Source of the DNA: a virus
Taxonomy: Duplodnaviria > Caudoviricetes
Direction: 5' to 3' (one strand)
Length of the DNA: 64,000 nt
IMG/VR virus record: IMGVR_UViG_3300010338_000575
The position numbers and the translations under genes are program-made. The notes beneath the pieces are model-generated. The model did not search any database. It was given only the letters and a program-made list of their open reading frames with translations, and was not told the origin of the DNA. This document shows, piece by piece, positions 50,980 through 60,453 of the stretch (the first letter of the stretch is position 1; every line of letters begins with the position of its first letter).

Positions 50980-51222
50980 TTATTTTTTTTGTTCATTATT
51001 ATGTTTTAAAATACTTAACAAAATATTAACCATATTAAATGAATCATATCTCAATAATTTATATATAAATATAATGTAAATCCATTGAATATAATTAATA
51101 TCAATTTTAAATATTTGTTCAATACTAACATCAGATATTAGTGATATGAAAACCCCTAATATAATGGATTCGAATATAAAGATGCTAATAACACCAATTA
51201 ATACTGATATAATTCTAATCAT
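50980..51222 (-). CDS. small membrane protein
   Basis: Hydrophobic 80-aa ORF. Confidence 0.6.
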   Translation of the reverse strand: MIRIISVLIGVISIFIFESIILGVFISLISDVSIEQIFKIDINYIQWIYIIFIYKLLRYDSFNMVNILLSILKHNNEQKK

Positions 51223-51229
51223 AGGTAAA

Positions 51230-51748
51230 TTATTTAATGTTTATTTTCAATCCCATATTTTTCATTTTTAATAAAACTTCCGCATTACCCATTGCATCAT
51301 CTAACGGATTGTGAGTATGTTCGGTATCTCGTAGATGTTTCCAACTCGCAAATGTGTCTTTAACCATACCACAATAAAGATCACCAATTCGTCTTGATGA
51401 ATGACCAAAAGGATTTTTTCCGTAAAAAACCCAAAAATAATAATTAATCCAACTGGCATCAAATCCATTATTGTCGGATATTAAAATGGGTCTACCCTTA
51501 GTATTATTATTAATCCATTCGGCAAATTTTGACATAACAATATGTGGGTCGTCAAAATTTTCATGCTCACTACGACTATAACCAGAAATTTTTAACGTTT
51601 CAGGTATATATTCGTTTGATATTGGTTTTATTTTACCAATAAAATTCGTATCTAATTCATAAGTCAATTTAACTGCAGCAAAACACACAATACTATGTTT
51701 TCCAATAATAGGACCATCAGTTTCAACATCAACAACAAAATAACTCAT
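51230..51748 (-). CDS. DEDDh 3'-5' exonuclease
   Basis: VDVETDG, NGFD, HTHNPLDDA. Confidence 0.85.
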   Translation of the reverse strand: MSYFVVDVETDGPIIGKHSIVCFAAVKLTYELDTNFIGKIKPISNEYIPETLKISGYSRSEHENFDDPHIVMSKFAEWINNNTKGRPILISDNNGFDASWINYYFWVFYGKNPFGHSSRRIGDLYCGMVKDTFASWKHLRDTEHTHNPLDDAMGNAEVLLKMKNMGLKINIK

Positions 51749-51753
51749 ATTAT

Positions 51754-52239
51754 TTATTTTATTATTTTTAAAATATTATTAATCACATTAGTATCAGCAA
51801 TACCCTTTCGATAATTACTACAGTATGCAAAATTATTTGGCAGTATTTCTGATAAGTTAAGATCATCAATTGCAACAAATTTAGTAATGTTATGTTCATT
51901 AACATATTTTAAAATTTCACTACCTCGACAGGCTTCAAGTTCACTCAATTTTTTAAATTGAACACCCCATAAATTTGGCGTAAAATCACTAATACCACCA
52001 ATAACTTTATTATCACGAAAAATTTCATTAATTTGTGTTATTGAATATGACAATTTCCAATCACTTGATAATACAATTGTTGGATTTGTTTTTTTTATAA
52101 TAAAATTTAAAGCAAAAACACAATCGGTATCAAATAATGGTACTTGATATTTATGATGATAATCTTTTATTGTTAGTGGTTTTGATGTTACTAAAACACC
52201 ATCAATGTCTAAAAAGAGATATTTATTACCTATGCTCAT
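51754..52239 (-). CDS. HAD-family protein (Swiss-Army-knife type 2)
   Basis: FLDIDGVL, IVLSSDWK, RGSEI, FVAIDD. Confidence 0.8.
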   Translation of the reverse strand: MSIGNKYLFLDIDGVLVTSKPLTIKDYHHKYQVPLFDTDCVFALNFIIKKTNPTIVLSSDWKLSYSITQINEIFRDNKVIGGISDFTPNLWGVQFKKLSELEACRGSEILKYVNEHNITKFVAIDDLNLSEILPNNFAYCSNYRKGIADTNVINNILKIIK

Positions 52240-52260
52240 ATTGTTATTTTTTATTTATAT

Positions 52261-52289
52261 TATACGATAGTTTTATTATATTGTTACAA
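52261..52289 (-). promoter_or_regulatory. ECF-type promoter TTGTAACA-N14-TCGTATA
   Basis: Exact motif upstream of 52239. Confidence 0.75.
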
Positions 52290-52292
52290 TTT

Positions 52293-52859
52293 TTATGATT
52301 TATTCATGATTGTTTTCCAAATCATATGACAATATTTAATTTGATGTTTACAATCATCAATTGGATTATGTCTAATACCATTAAAGGATAAATTTTTCTT
52401 TATTTCAGGTAATAATGATACTAATGTTCTAACATCTCTTTCTTTTTTTGTGTTCCAAGGTACTTCTTTAAATCCACAAACAACATATGCATTTGTTAAA
52501 ATGCTTAAATCAAAACTAATTCCATTCCCCCAAACCTCAACATCATAGTTTAATGACTTGATGAAATACGTTAATTTATTTAATACATTTAATATATTAT
52601 CACCATCACCATTAAACAATTCGTTTTTTGATATTGGGTTTTGTTTTAACCACCAAAATAAAGTAGATGCATCTACTTTCATTCCTAAATCAAGACAAGA
52701 TTGGATATCAACTCGTTCATAAAATTCTCTACCCAATTCACCTGTTTTTAAATCGAACTCAACAGCAGCAATACTAAGAATTACAATATTTTTGCTAATA
52801 TTAATACCTAATGTTTCAATATCAATCATTAAATGTCCTAAATTATTTTCTCTTATCAT
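52293..52859 (-). CDS. DEDDh 3'-5' exoribonuclease (Rv2179c/DUF5051-like)
   Basis: MIDIETLG, TLFWWLKQ, WGNGISFD, RDVRT, HNPIDDC. Confidence 0.85.
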   Translation of the reverse strand: MIRENNLGHLMIDIETLGINISKNIVILSIAAVEFDLKTGELGREFYERVDIQSCLDLGMKVDASTLFWWLKQNPISKNELFNGDGDNILNVLNKLTYFIKSLNYDVEVWGNGISFDLSILTNAYVVCGFKEVPWNTKKERDVRTLVSLLPEIKKNLSFNGIRHNPIDDCKHQIKYCHMIWKTIMNKS

Positions 52860-52992
52860 AATTACTATAGGGTTTTTGGGGTTTTTTTTGAAAATGACCT
52901 TTGATTGATAAATTTATTATACCGAACACAATAAAAAACAGCAAAAACATGCCAATAATTACTGATAATAATACAATTAATTCGTTTCCCAT
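52843..52992 (-). CDS. 49-aa single-TM protein
   Basis: MGNELIVLLSVIIGMFLLFF.. Confidence 0.55.
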   Translation of the reverse strand: MGNELIVLLSVIIGMFLLFFIVFGIINLSIKGHFQKKPQKPYSNYDKRK

Positions 52993-52999
52993 AATAATA

Positions 53000-53506
53000 T
53001 TAATTTTTATTGTATAATTTATAAATTTTAATTGAATCATATTTACCATATATTGATTTATCATCAATTGATTGTAAAAAATCAATTCTTTGTGTATATC
53101 TTTTATTTAAAACATCATGAACAATCCAAATGCCATTAATTTTTTCATGTTTACTAACAACCATAATGGTATCACCAAATTTTATTTTACCTTTAAATCT
53201 ATTATCATTTTTATTGTTAATATATTTTAATTTTGAAGTATCATATAGCATATCTTGACTTATTGCCACCCATCTTAATGTACTCGCATTATCGATATCA
53301 ATACGTGAACCATCAGCAGTGATATCTGGTGTATCATCACATTGATTTTTTGTGGGATAATAAATAGTAGCAACTATATTATCATATAATAAATATGATT
53401 TAACAAAATTATAATGTTCTAAAAATAGAAATTCACTTTGTCCAATTTTATTAAATGTTATTAATAAAATTGTTGTTATTGTTAAAATTTTAATTAATGT
53501 TTTCAT
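53000..53506 (-). CDS. 3D-domain (MltA-like) peptidoglycan hydrolase with signal peptide
   Basis: ATIY..QCDDTPDITADG..VAISQD..GDTI..VHD..RIDFL. Confidence 0.75.
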   Translation of the reverse strand: MKTLIKILTITTILLITFNKIGQSEFLFLEHYNFVKSYLLYDNIVATIYYPTKNQCDDTPDITADGSRIDIDNASTLRWVAISQDMLYDTSKLKYINNKNDNRFKGKIKFGDTIMVVSKHEKINGIWIVHDVLNKRYTQRIDFLQSIDDKSIYGKYDSIKIYKLYNKN

Positions 53507-53543
53507 ATTGAATGAAAATTAATTAATTTTAATAATGTGCAAA

Positions 53544-53572
53544 TATACGAAACTTTTTTTTTATTGTTACAA
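53544..53572 (-). promoter_or_regulatory. ECF-type promoter overlapping a host-type TATATTTG element
   Basis: TTGTAACA-N14-TCGTATATTTGCAC. Confidence 0.75.
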
Positions 53573-53616
53573 TATTTTTATAAAATATTTTTTTTTGGGG
53601 GTATGTATTAATATAT

Positions 53617-53645
53617 TTGTAACAATTTTACATAAAACTCGTATA
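53617..53645 (+). promoter_or_regulatory. ECF-type promoter, divergent from 53544-53572
   Basis: TTGTAACA-N14-TCGTATA. Confidence 0.75.
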
Positions 53646-53679
53646 AAATAATTTAAAACAATATAAAATATTAAGAATA

Positions 53680-53973
53680 ATGTATAGTTTTTGTTTCGAT
53701 AACGATTTGGATTACAATAAGGGTACTCTAAAAAGTAGTTTTTTAAATAAAATTATTGAATTGGGATATAAACCAATTGGAATTACTCTTTTGTTAAATG
53801 AAGAAGTTATTATATTTAAAACACAAAATGAAGTTAATGATATTAAAGAAGAATTTAAATATTACGGATTGTTCTATGATATTGAATCATGGAAAATGAC
53901 ACATGCCATTTATATAAATGATATTTATGGTGGTGTTGATACGTCTGCACCTGTTATATATTGGATTGAATAA
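53680..53973 (+). CDS. hypothetical protein
   Basis: 97-aa ORF. Confidence 0.65.
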   Translation: MYSFCFDNDLDYNKGTLKSSFLNKIIELGYKPIGITLLLNEEVIIFKTQNEVNDIKEEFKYYGLFYDIESWKMTHAIYINDIYGGVDTSAPVIYWIE

Positions 53974-53992
53974 CAGATAATATATATATGGT

Positions 53993-54730
53993 ATGAAATT
54001 TTTATTACAAACAATCGACGGTAAAATTAAGTACGATTATGTGTTTCATTTACATAATTTAATTGAATTCCATAATTGGTATAATCCAACCAATATTATT
54101 GAGTATTTGTTTTATGATGTGCGTTCAAATCAAAATAATTATAGTTTTAAAAATTCATATCGAAAATATGTTCCAATTGGTGATATAAATTTTGTTGAAT
54201 CGTTTTTAAATAAATTTTATGGATTAAATTTAAAACCAATTAACATACCAGTTGAATTATTTGGTTTTGCGGGAAGATTTGTTATGAATGGTAATGATAA
54301 AGATATTATGAAATTAGATGGAATATTCTTTATAAAGAGTAATGATGTTTTTTATGAACATTTTAATATATTAGATACTAATGCCGATATTATAAAAATA
54401 CCAATTGGTAATTATCAAATATCAGAATATGTTGATATTAGTAATAAATGGCGTGCATTTGTTTATGATAAAAAATTGGTAGGTTTACAAAACTATGATG
54501 GTGACTTTACTAAATTTCCTAACGTAAAAAAAATATTAGGTATGATTAGTTCTTATAAATCATCACCAATTGCATATTCAATGGATGTTTTTGTTAATAA
54601 TAATGATACATATTTATTTAATGTAAACAATTTTACATCATGTCATTTATACGGATTTTTTAATTATAAATTATTGCCTGTAATGTTTTCCAGATGGTTT
54701 TATGAATATGTGAAAAAATATAATAAATAA
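53993..54730 (+). CDS. ATP-grasp (DUF4343/R2K-like) protein, degenerate
   Basis: PIGDINFV..IP.EL..GR..FIKS..ISEYV..KWRAFV..YDGDF..AYSMDV..LFNVNN. Confidence 0.65.
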   Translation: MKFLLQTIDGKIKYDYVFHLHNLIEFHNWYNPTNIIEYLFYDVRSNQNNYSFKNSYRKYVPIGDINFVESFLNKFYGLNLKPINIPVELFGFAGRFVMNGNDKDIMKLDGIFFIKSNDVFYEHFNILDTNADIIKIPIGNYQISEYVDISNKWRAFVYDKKLVGLQNYDGDFTKFPNVKKILGMISSYKSSPIAYSMDVFVNNNDTYLFNVNNFTSCHLYGFFNYKLLPVMFSRWFYEYVKKYNK

Positions 54731-54734
54731 TATT

Positions 54735-55043
54735 ATGGTATTTAAAGCAGAATATAAATTACAGTATACTGTTGATAATAATATTAGGGAATTATTGGTT
54801 GAAGTCGAACTAGTAAAAAATGATTTACCACTCAAACCCCGTGAAAATATATATAAAGGTGTTGTATTAGTTAATGGTCAACATTATTATGATGTTGATG
54901 TATCGCATATTGTAAATGCTTTGTATGCTGCTGAGGAAATTGGTCAAAAAATAAAGAAAGATATTAAAAAAAAGTGTCGCAAACATGGGAATGTTTTTAG
55001 GGTAAAAAAAGAACTGATATATGAAATCCCCAAAAATGTATAA
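54735..55043 (+). CDS. hypothetical protein
   Basis: 102-aa ORF. Confidence 0.65.
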   Translation: MVFKAEYKLQYTVDNNIRELLVEVELVKNDLPLKPRENIYKGVVLVNGQHYYDVDVSHIVNALYAAEEIGQKIKKDIKKKCRKHGNVFRVKKELIYEIPKNV

Positions 55044-55078
55044 TTTTATTAATATATTCACAAAATAATTTAAGTATT

Positions 55079-55107
55079 TTGTAACAAAAAAAAAATACTT
55101 TCGTATA
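55079..55107 (+). promoter_or_regulatory. ECF-type promoter
   Basis: TTGTAACA-N14-TCGTATA; host-type TAAATTTG at 55130. Confidence 0.75.
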
Positions 55108-55184
55108 CTAACAATAATTAACAATTTATTAAATTTGCAAATTAAATACTTAATCAAGTATTTATTTTAAAAATTGTTATATAA

Positions 55185-55769
55185 ATGAATATCCGAAAAC
55201 TTTTTAATATACCAGATAAAGAACAATCGATTATAATTAAAAACCAAATTAATGAGGTTTTTGATAAATGTAATCAACTTGCTGATGTTGAAAATAGTGA
55301 TCAAATTGAATATAAAAAATTTCATGATAATATCTGCCCCAATTGTAAAAATAGAAATGAAAAGACAATTGTAAATAAAATTATTCTTGGAAACGGTAAT
55401 GCTAAAATAAATGGTAGTTTTATTTGGGGGTTTGGTAATATAAATGGTAGTTATATTAATGAATTTATTGAAATTAATCATTGTAATGAATGTGGTAATG
55501 AGTGGTTTAAGTATAAAACAAAAAATATCGATTCAAATAGAATATTAAGGGTTTTGTTGAAATATTTAGCACAAATCATAAAAGACCCAAAAGAAAATAA
55601 TGATGATTGGAAATTAGAAGTAATTCAAATATTTTCAAATTGTTATGCCGAAACAATTTTTAAATTAAAAAATATGGTTGTATTACCTGATGAATTTATT
55701 GATGTTTTAACAATAAAAACTCTCCGTAAACATTATAAATCAATTTTTGATGAAACAATCAACAAATAA
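55185..55769 (+). CDS. Zn-ribbon-containing hypothetical protein
   Basis: CPNC..CNECGNEW. Confidence 0.7.
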   Translation: MNIRKLFNIPDKEQSIIIKNQINEVFDKCNQLADVENSDQIEYKKFHDNICPNCKNRNEKTIVNKIILGNGNAKINGSFIWGFGNINGSYINEFIEINHCNECGNEWFKYKTKNIDSNRILRVLLKYLAQIIKDPKENNDDWKLEVIQIFSNCYAETIFKLKNMVVLPDEFIDVLTIKTLRKHYKSIFDETINK

Positions 55770-55802
55770 TTTGTTTAATATTAACATGATAAATAACGTT
55801 AA

Positions 55803-56315
55803 ATGAAATTAATATTAATTGCTGCTGTTAGTGTTGATGGTGTTATTGGTATTGATGATAATATACCTTGGCATATCCCTGAAGATATGAAACATTTTAG
55901 AAACACTACAATAAATCATTCAATTATTGTTGGTTATAATACTTATTTAACATTACCACCCAAAGCATTTGAAAATCGTAGTTATTGGGTTTTAAGTAGT
56001 AAAAATAAAATTGTTGATAGACAGAATATTATTCAATTTAAAACAATTGATAATATTTTTGAGAATTTAAAAAAATGTAATAATTGTGATAAAATTTTTG
56101 TGGCTGGTGGTGCGATGATATACGATTCAATGATTGATTATTGCGATGAAGCGATAATCACTTGGGTTAATAAAAAAATACCTAATGGTAATAAATTCTT
56201 TCCAGTTTTAAAATTATTTAATAATTTTGTGCCGACAATAAATGATGTTGATTGGTTACTAAGTACCACTAATATTGAATATAAAATTATTCAATATAAT
56301 AAAATCAACATTTAA
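55803..56315 (+). CDS. folA: dihydrofolate reductase
   Basis: LIAAVSVDGVIG..IPWHIPEDMKHFRNTT..IIVG..T..R..VLS..FVAGGAMIY. Confidence 0.9.
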   Translation: MKLILIAAVSVDGVIGIDDNIPWHIPEDMKHFRNTTINHSIIVGYNTYLTLPPKAFENRSYWVLSSKNKIVDRQNIIQFKTIDNIFENLKKCNNCDKIFVAGGAMIYDSMIDYCDEAIITWVNKKIPNGNKFFPVLKLFNNFVPTINDVDWLLSTTNIEYKIIQYNKINI

Positions 56316-56394
56316 CAATGGTAGTGTTTTAGTATAATATATTAATCAATACACAAACAATTTTGTGTCGGTTTTTAACTAAAAAAGATTTGTT

Positions 56395-56607
56395 ATGAAC
56401 AAAAATGATAGATGTGGTTACAATATTTCCGATTTTTATTCAGAAGAATGGAAATTAAAAATGGAAGCATCTAAAATAAAAAATATTGTTGAAACAGGAT
56501 ATGGTTATACAAATAAAAGAATATCATCAAAAAGGTTGTTAATGTTGATGAATAGACTTACTGAAATTGAGGCAATTTTAAATAATAATGATAAAAATAA
56601 TGAATAG
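56395..56607 (+). CDS. hypothetical protein
   Basis: 70-aa ORF. Confidence 0.55.
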   Translation: MNKNDRCGYNISDFYSEEWKLKMEASKIKNIVETGYGYTNKRISSKRLLMLMNRLTEIEAILNNNDKNNE

Positions 56608-56706
56608 TTGAATGTATTGCATTGTTTAAAAAAAATCTTTAATTGTAAAGATGATATTAGAAGTATCGATTTGTGATGATAAATTAGGAAATTTATAGTT
56701 ATTCAT

Positions 56707-58158
56707 ATGGAATTTTACGCAGAAAGTTCAAATATATCAGATAATCAATTATTATTACCAAATGGTAATGTAATTACATTTAATGAAATGCAATATGAAG
56801 GCATTTTAAAAATAAAAAAATGGTTGGGTGATTATAATAATCAATTTTTCACATTAGCGGGTTATGCTGGTACTGGAAAATCAACAATAGTAAAAAAAAT
56901 ACTAGACAAATATAAACTAAGACATAATGTAGTTGTTAGCGCACCAACACATAAAGCCAAAAAAGTGGTGTCGAATACAACAGGTATTAATGGTTTAACA
57001 TTACAATCTTTATTAGGATTAAGACCAGATATTAATTTAGATGATTTTAATCCCAATGATCCACAATTTAATCAAATTGCGATACCAAAAATTGATGAAT
57101 ATGATTTGGTTGTGATTGATGAAGCATCAATGATTAATTCTGATTTATATGAATTAATAAAAAATACTGTTGCTAATATAAACACTAAAATATTATTTAT
57201 TGGTGATCCTGCGCAAATACCACCAGTTAATGAAAAGGAATCTATAATTTTTTATGATAACACAATTCAAACACATTGGTTAACAAAAATTGAACGTCAA
57301 ACTAATACAAATCCATTATCGCTGATATATGATAATCTTAGAAATAATTTAGATAAAATTAATGGTGGATTTGTTAGAAAGACTGTAATGAATGAATTGG
57401 GTGAAGGTATTGTTTTCACAAAAAATAAAAAAGAATTTAGAAATATTGTTATTGATAAATTTAATAGTTTAGAATTTAAAAGAGATAGTGATTTTTGTAA
57501 AGTAATTGCATGGAGAAATGAAACCGTAAATAGTTCCAATAAAATAATAAGAAATGAATTATTTGGTAAAAATAGTGATATTATTGAAATTGGTGATATA
57601 TTAATGGGATATCGTAATGTTAGTCATGAAAGTCAATGGTATAATATTATTGAAAATAGTGCTGATTATGTTGTCGTGAAAAAATCAAAATTAGAAGAAA
57701 ATGAATATGGTATTAAGGGATTTAATGTTCAATTAAGAGAAAATTTGTCGTCTGATCAGTATCAATATACTGATGTTTTTATAGTCGATATAAATGATTA
57801 TGATAATTTACATCAATACGCAGAAATGCACGATTTTTTTAGAGATATTGGTAAATCAAATAAAAAACTGTGGTCTAAATATTATAAATTTAGAAGAGAT
57901 AATTTAATAATGACCACAATTAATAAATATCGTGATGGTAGTTATCGTGAATCTTATAATGTAATTGTTAAAGACCTTGATTATGGTTTTGCAATAACAG
58001 CACATAAATCACAAGGGAGTACATATTCACATGTCTTTATTATGGAAAATGATATTAATTTAAATCGTCAACTAAAAGAACGTAATCAAATTAAATATGT
58101 TGCATTTACACGACCACGTATGTCTGCAATTGTATTAACCGATGTAAACGATAATTAG
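56707..58158 (+). CDS. dda: Dda/RecD-like SF1B DNA helicase
   Basis: GYAGTGKS, APTHKA, IDEASM, GDPAQIPP, ERQ, AITAHKSQGST, YVAFTR. Confidence 0.85.
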   Translation: MEFYAESSNISDNQLLLPNGNVITFNEMQYEGILKIKKWLGDYNNQFFTLAGYAGTGKSTIVKKILDKYKLRHNVVVSAPTHKAKKVVSNTTGINGLTLQSLLGLRPDINLDDFNPNDPQFNQIAIPKIDEYDLVVIDEASMINSDLYELIKNTVANINTKILFIGDPAQIPPVNEKESIIFYDNTIQTHWLTKIERQTNTNPLSLIYDNLRNNLDKINGGFVRKTVMNELGEGIVFTKNKKEFRNIVIDKFNSLEFKRDSDFCKVIAWRNETVNSSNKIIRNELFGKNSDIIEIGDILMGYRNVSHESQWYNIIENSADYVVVKKSKLEENEYGIKGFNVQLRENLSSDQYQYTDVFIVDINDYDNLHQYAEMHDFFRDIGKSNKKLWSKYYKFRRDNLIMTTINKYRDGSYRESYNVIVKDLDYGFAITAHKSQGSTYSHVFIMENDINLNRQLKERNQIKYVAFTRPRMSAIVLTDVNDN

Positions 58159-58159
58159 T

Positions 58160-58528
58160 ATGAATATGAAACAAGATTTTATTTTAAAATTTGTTAAAGA
58201 AAATAATAATAATTGGTATATTGATTTACCGAATTGGACTGGTAGAAAATCTGCATTGCAAATGGTTTCTGGTGCAGATGAACTATTAGATTTAATATCA
58301 AATAATAATAATGAAGTTACATTATATGTTTCATTTAATGATTTTGATGGTGCTAATAGAATTAAGTTAGTGAATAAATGTTGGTTTAATGGTGCTAATT
58401 ATATTTGTGATAGATATGATAATAAAACAATAAATCATAAATTATGGCTTTGTGATGTCACAAAATTCGTGTTTGGTCGTTTTCCAGATGTTATCTATTT
58501 TGCACCAATAAAACCCATTAAATTATAA
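58160..58528 (+). CDS. DUF6717-like protein
   Basis: WYIDLP..LQMVSGADELLD..WLCDVTKFVFGRFP. Confidence 0.55.
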   Translation: MNMKQDFILKFVKENNNNWYIDLPNWTGRKSALQMVSGADELLDLISNNNNEVTLYVSFNDFDGANRIKLVNKCWFNGANYICDRYDNKTINHKLWLCDVTKFVFGRFPDVIYFAPIKPIKL

Positions 58529-58531
58529 ATT

Positions 58532-58560
58532 TTGTAACAATTTTTATTAGATTTCGTAGA
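58532..58560 (+). promoter_or_regulatory. ECF-type promoter
   Basis: TTGTAACA-N14-TCGTAGA. Confidence 0.7.
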
Positions 58561-58585
58561 ATTGATAAATTAAAGTACAAATCAA

Positions 58586-58972
58586 ATGAATAAAAATTTA
58601 ATTATACTTAGAGGATTACCCGGTTCGGGAAAAAGTTCGTTTGCTAAAGTAATTGATGGTGTTATTTGCAGTGCTGATGATTATTTTATCAGAAATGGTG
58701 AATATATTTGGTCAGCAAATTTAATTGGTGATGCTCATGCATGGTGTCAGCGAAAATGTCAAAGATATATGAATATTGGTGTGAGTAAAATTGTCATTGA
58801 CAATACATCTACAACTGAAAAAGAATTAAAACCATATATGGATTTGGCAAAAAAATATGGTTATAAAGTTTTTTCAGTTATTGTTGAAAATAGACATGGT
58901 GGCATAAATACACATAATGTTCCCCAAGATACTTTAAATAGAATGAAAAATCGTTTTGAAATTTCATTATAA
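58586..58972 (+). CDS. P-loop kinase (AAA_33, polynucleotide-kinase-like)
   Basis: LRGLPGSGKS, SADDYF, AH.WC, IDNT, HNVP. Confidence 0.8.
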   Translation: MNKNLIILRGLPGSGKSSFAKVIDGVICSADDYFIRNGEYIWSANLIGDAHAWCQRKCQRYMNIGVSKIVIDNTSTTEKELKPYMDLAKKYGYKVFSVIVENRHGGINTHNVPQDTLNRMKNRFEISL

Positions 58973-58982
58973 ATTAATAGAT

Positions 58983-59510
58983 ATGAATAAATTAAAAAAA
59001 ATTGTAAAAAGGGCATTTTCAAAAAATAAACCGCAAACATACGCAAGTGCGTATGAATTGCAATTTATATTAGATATAATAAATTCAGACGATCCAAATT
59101 TATCAGAAATTATTGATGATATCAATAATATTGACATAAATTCAATGATATATCAATCTAATGTCGATTATTTTGATAGTTATAATACTATGTTATTTAT
59201 TAATACTATAAAAAATCTGACAAACTTAAAAATAACATTAGGTGGATTGTTGGCATTAAAATATCGAATTGTGTCAAAAGAAACCGCATTGATATATGTG
59301 TATTATTTGTTTGATGTATTACCATCAAATACAACAATAAACGCATATAATTTATTGCAAAATGTTTTTAGATATGGATTTTTTTCCGATAAGCAAATTG
59401 AAGATATTTGGAATTCACTAAAAATTGATGCAGATGTTGATATGAGTAAATATTATTGTTTTGGAAGTCCAGATACATTATTTGAATATTTTGAAATTTG
59501 GTTAAATTAG
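58983..59510 (+). CDS. hypothetical protein
   Basis: ATG at 58983 preferred. Confidence 0.65.
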   Translation: MNKLKKIVKRAFSKNKPQTYASAYELQFILDIINSDDPNLSEIIDDINNIDINSMIYQSNVDYFDSYNTMLFINTIKNLTNLKITLGGLLALKYRIVSKETALIYVYYLFDVLPSNTTINAYNLLQNVFRYGFFSDKQIEDIWNSLKIDADVDMSKYYCFGSPDTLFEYFEIWLN

Positions 59511-59517
59511 TATAATT

Positions 59518-59655
59518 ATGAGAATTTTTAGAAATAAACTTTTTAATTCCGATACAATTTTAATTGGTTTTGTTATTATATTAATCATTTTTATAATGTA
59601 TATGATCGGTGTTTATATTTACCTTGAATTTAATCCATTACATTGGCTAAAATAA
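59518..59655 (+). CDS. 45-aa single-TM protein
   Basis: MRIFRNKLFNSDTILIGFVIILII.. Confidence 0.5.
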   Translation: MRIFRNKLFNSDTILIGFVIILIIFIMYMIGVYIYLEFNPLHWLK

Positions 59656-59682
59656 TTATAAAGTTTATAAAAAAATATTATT

Positions 59683-59925
59683 ATGAATGTCATTGAATTC
59701 AATAAATTTTTACAGGATAATTATATAAGATGTAATATTAATAATCCACCATCGATAGGGGATTGTGTGTATTATCCAATTTCTGAAAGTGTTATTTATG
59801 ATGACCCTTATATAATTGAAGGAATTTTAATTGATATTGTTAATGATGATTTTATTGTTAATATTAATAGAATTGGCATTTTTAGAGATAAATTAGAAAA
59901 ATTTTATACAAAAAAAAATAATTGA
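59683..59925 (+). CDS. hypothetical protein
   Basis: 80-aa ORF. Confidence 0.6.
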   Translation: MNVIEFNKFLQDNYIRCNINNPPSIGDCVYYPISESVIYDDPYIIEGILIDIVNDDFIVNINRIGIFRDKLEKFYTKKNN

Positions 59926-59948
59926 TTTATTAATTAAATTTAACAATT

Positions 59949-60227
59949 ATGAATGAAAATAAAAATTATAATTTTCTTCAAGAGATTGAACAAACCAGAG
60001 AAGAAAAATATGCAATGTATATGAAATTATCGAAAAAAGAATTAATTGAATTATTAATTAATTCTGATGAAATGATACGTCATTTAATAAAATCAAATAA
60101 TTATACCAATACAATCAAATTAAAATGTGATGGTTGTGGTTGTGAACCTAATGTAATTTATAATACATTGAATGGTAAATATTGTTCAACATGTTTTACA
60201 AATAATACGAAGCATTACCTTTATTAA
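59949..60227 (+). CDS. small Zn-finger protein
   Basis: CDGC..CSTC. Confidence 0.6.
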   Translation: MNENKNYNFLQEIEQTREEKYAMYMKLSKKELIELLINSDEMIRHLIKSNNYTNTIKLKCDGCGCEPNVIYNTLNGKYCSTCFTNNTKHYLY

Positions 60228-60426
60228 TTTTTTTGATGTTTTTTATATGAAATTATTTTTTGGTTTTAATAATACTGAAATAAGTATTTTAAAAGATATT
60301 ATTGGTATTGTTTTCATATTAATTATGTTTTTTTTTAGTATGTTTGCGTTTTCATTTTTCACATAATTATATTAATTTTTTAATGGAAATATGATTATAA
60401 CACCATATCGATAATAGTATTTTTAT

Positions 60427-60435
60427 GTATTTATT
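60427..60435 (+). promoter_or_regulatory. putative late promoter GTATTTATT
   Basis: Upstream of ORFs 60454 and 61044. Confidence 0.55.
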
Positions 60436-60453
60436 AGTAAATATATATAAAAT

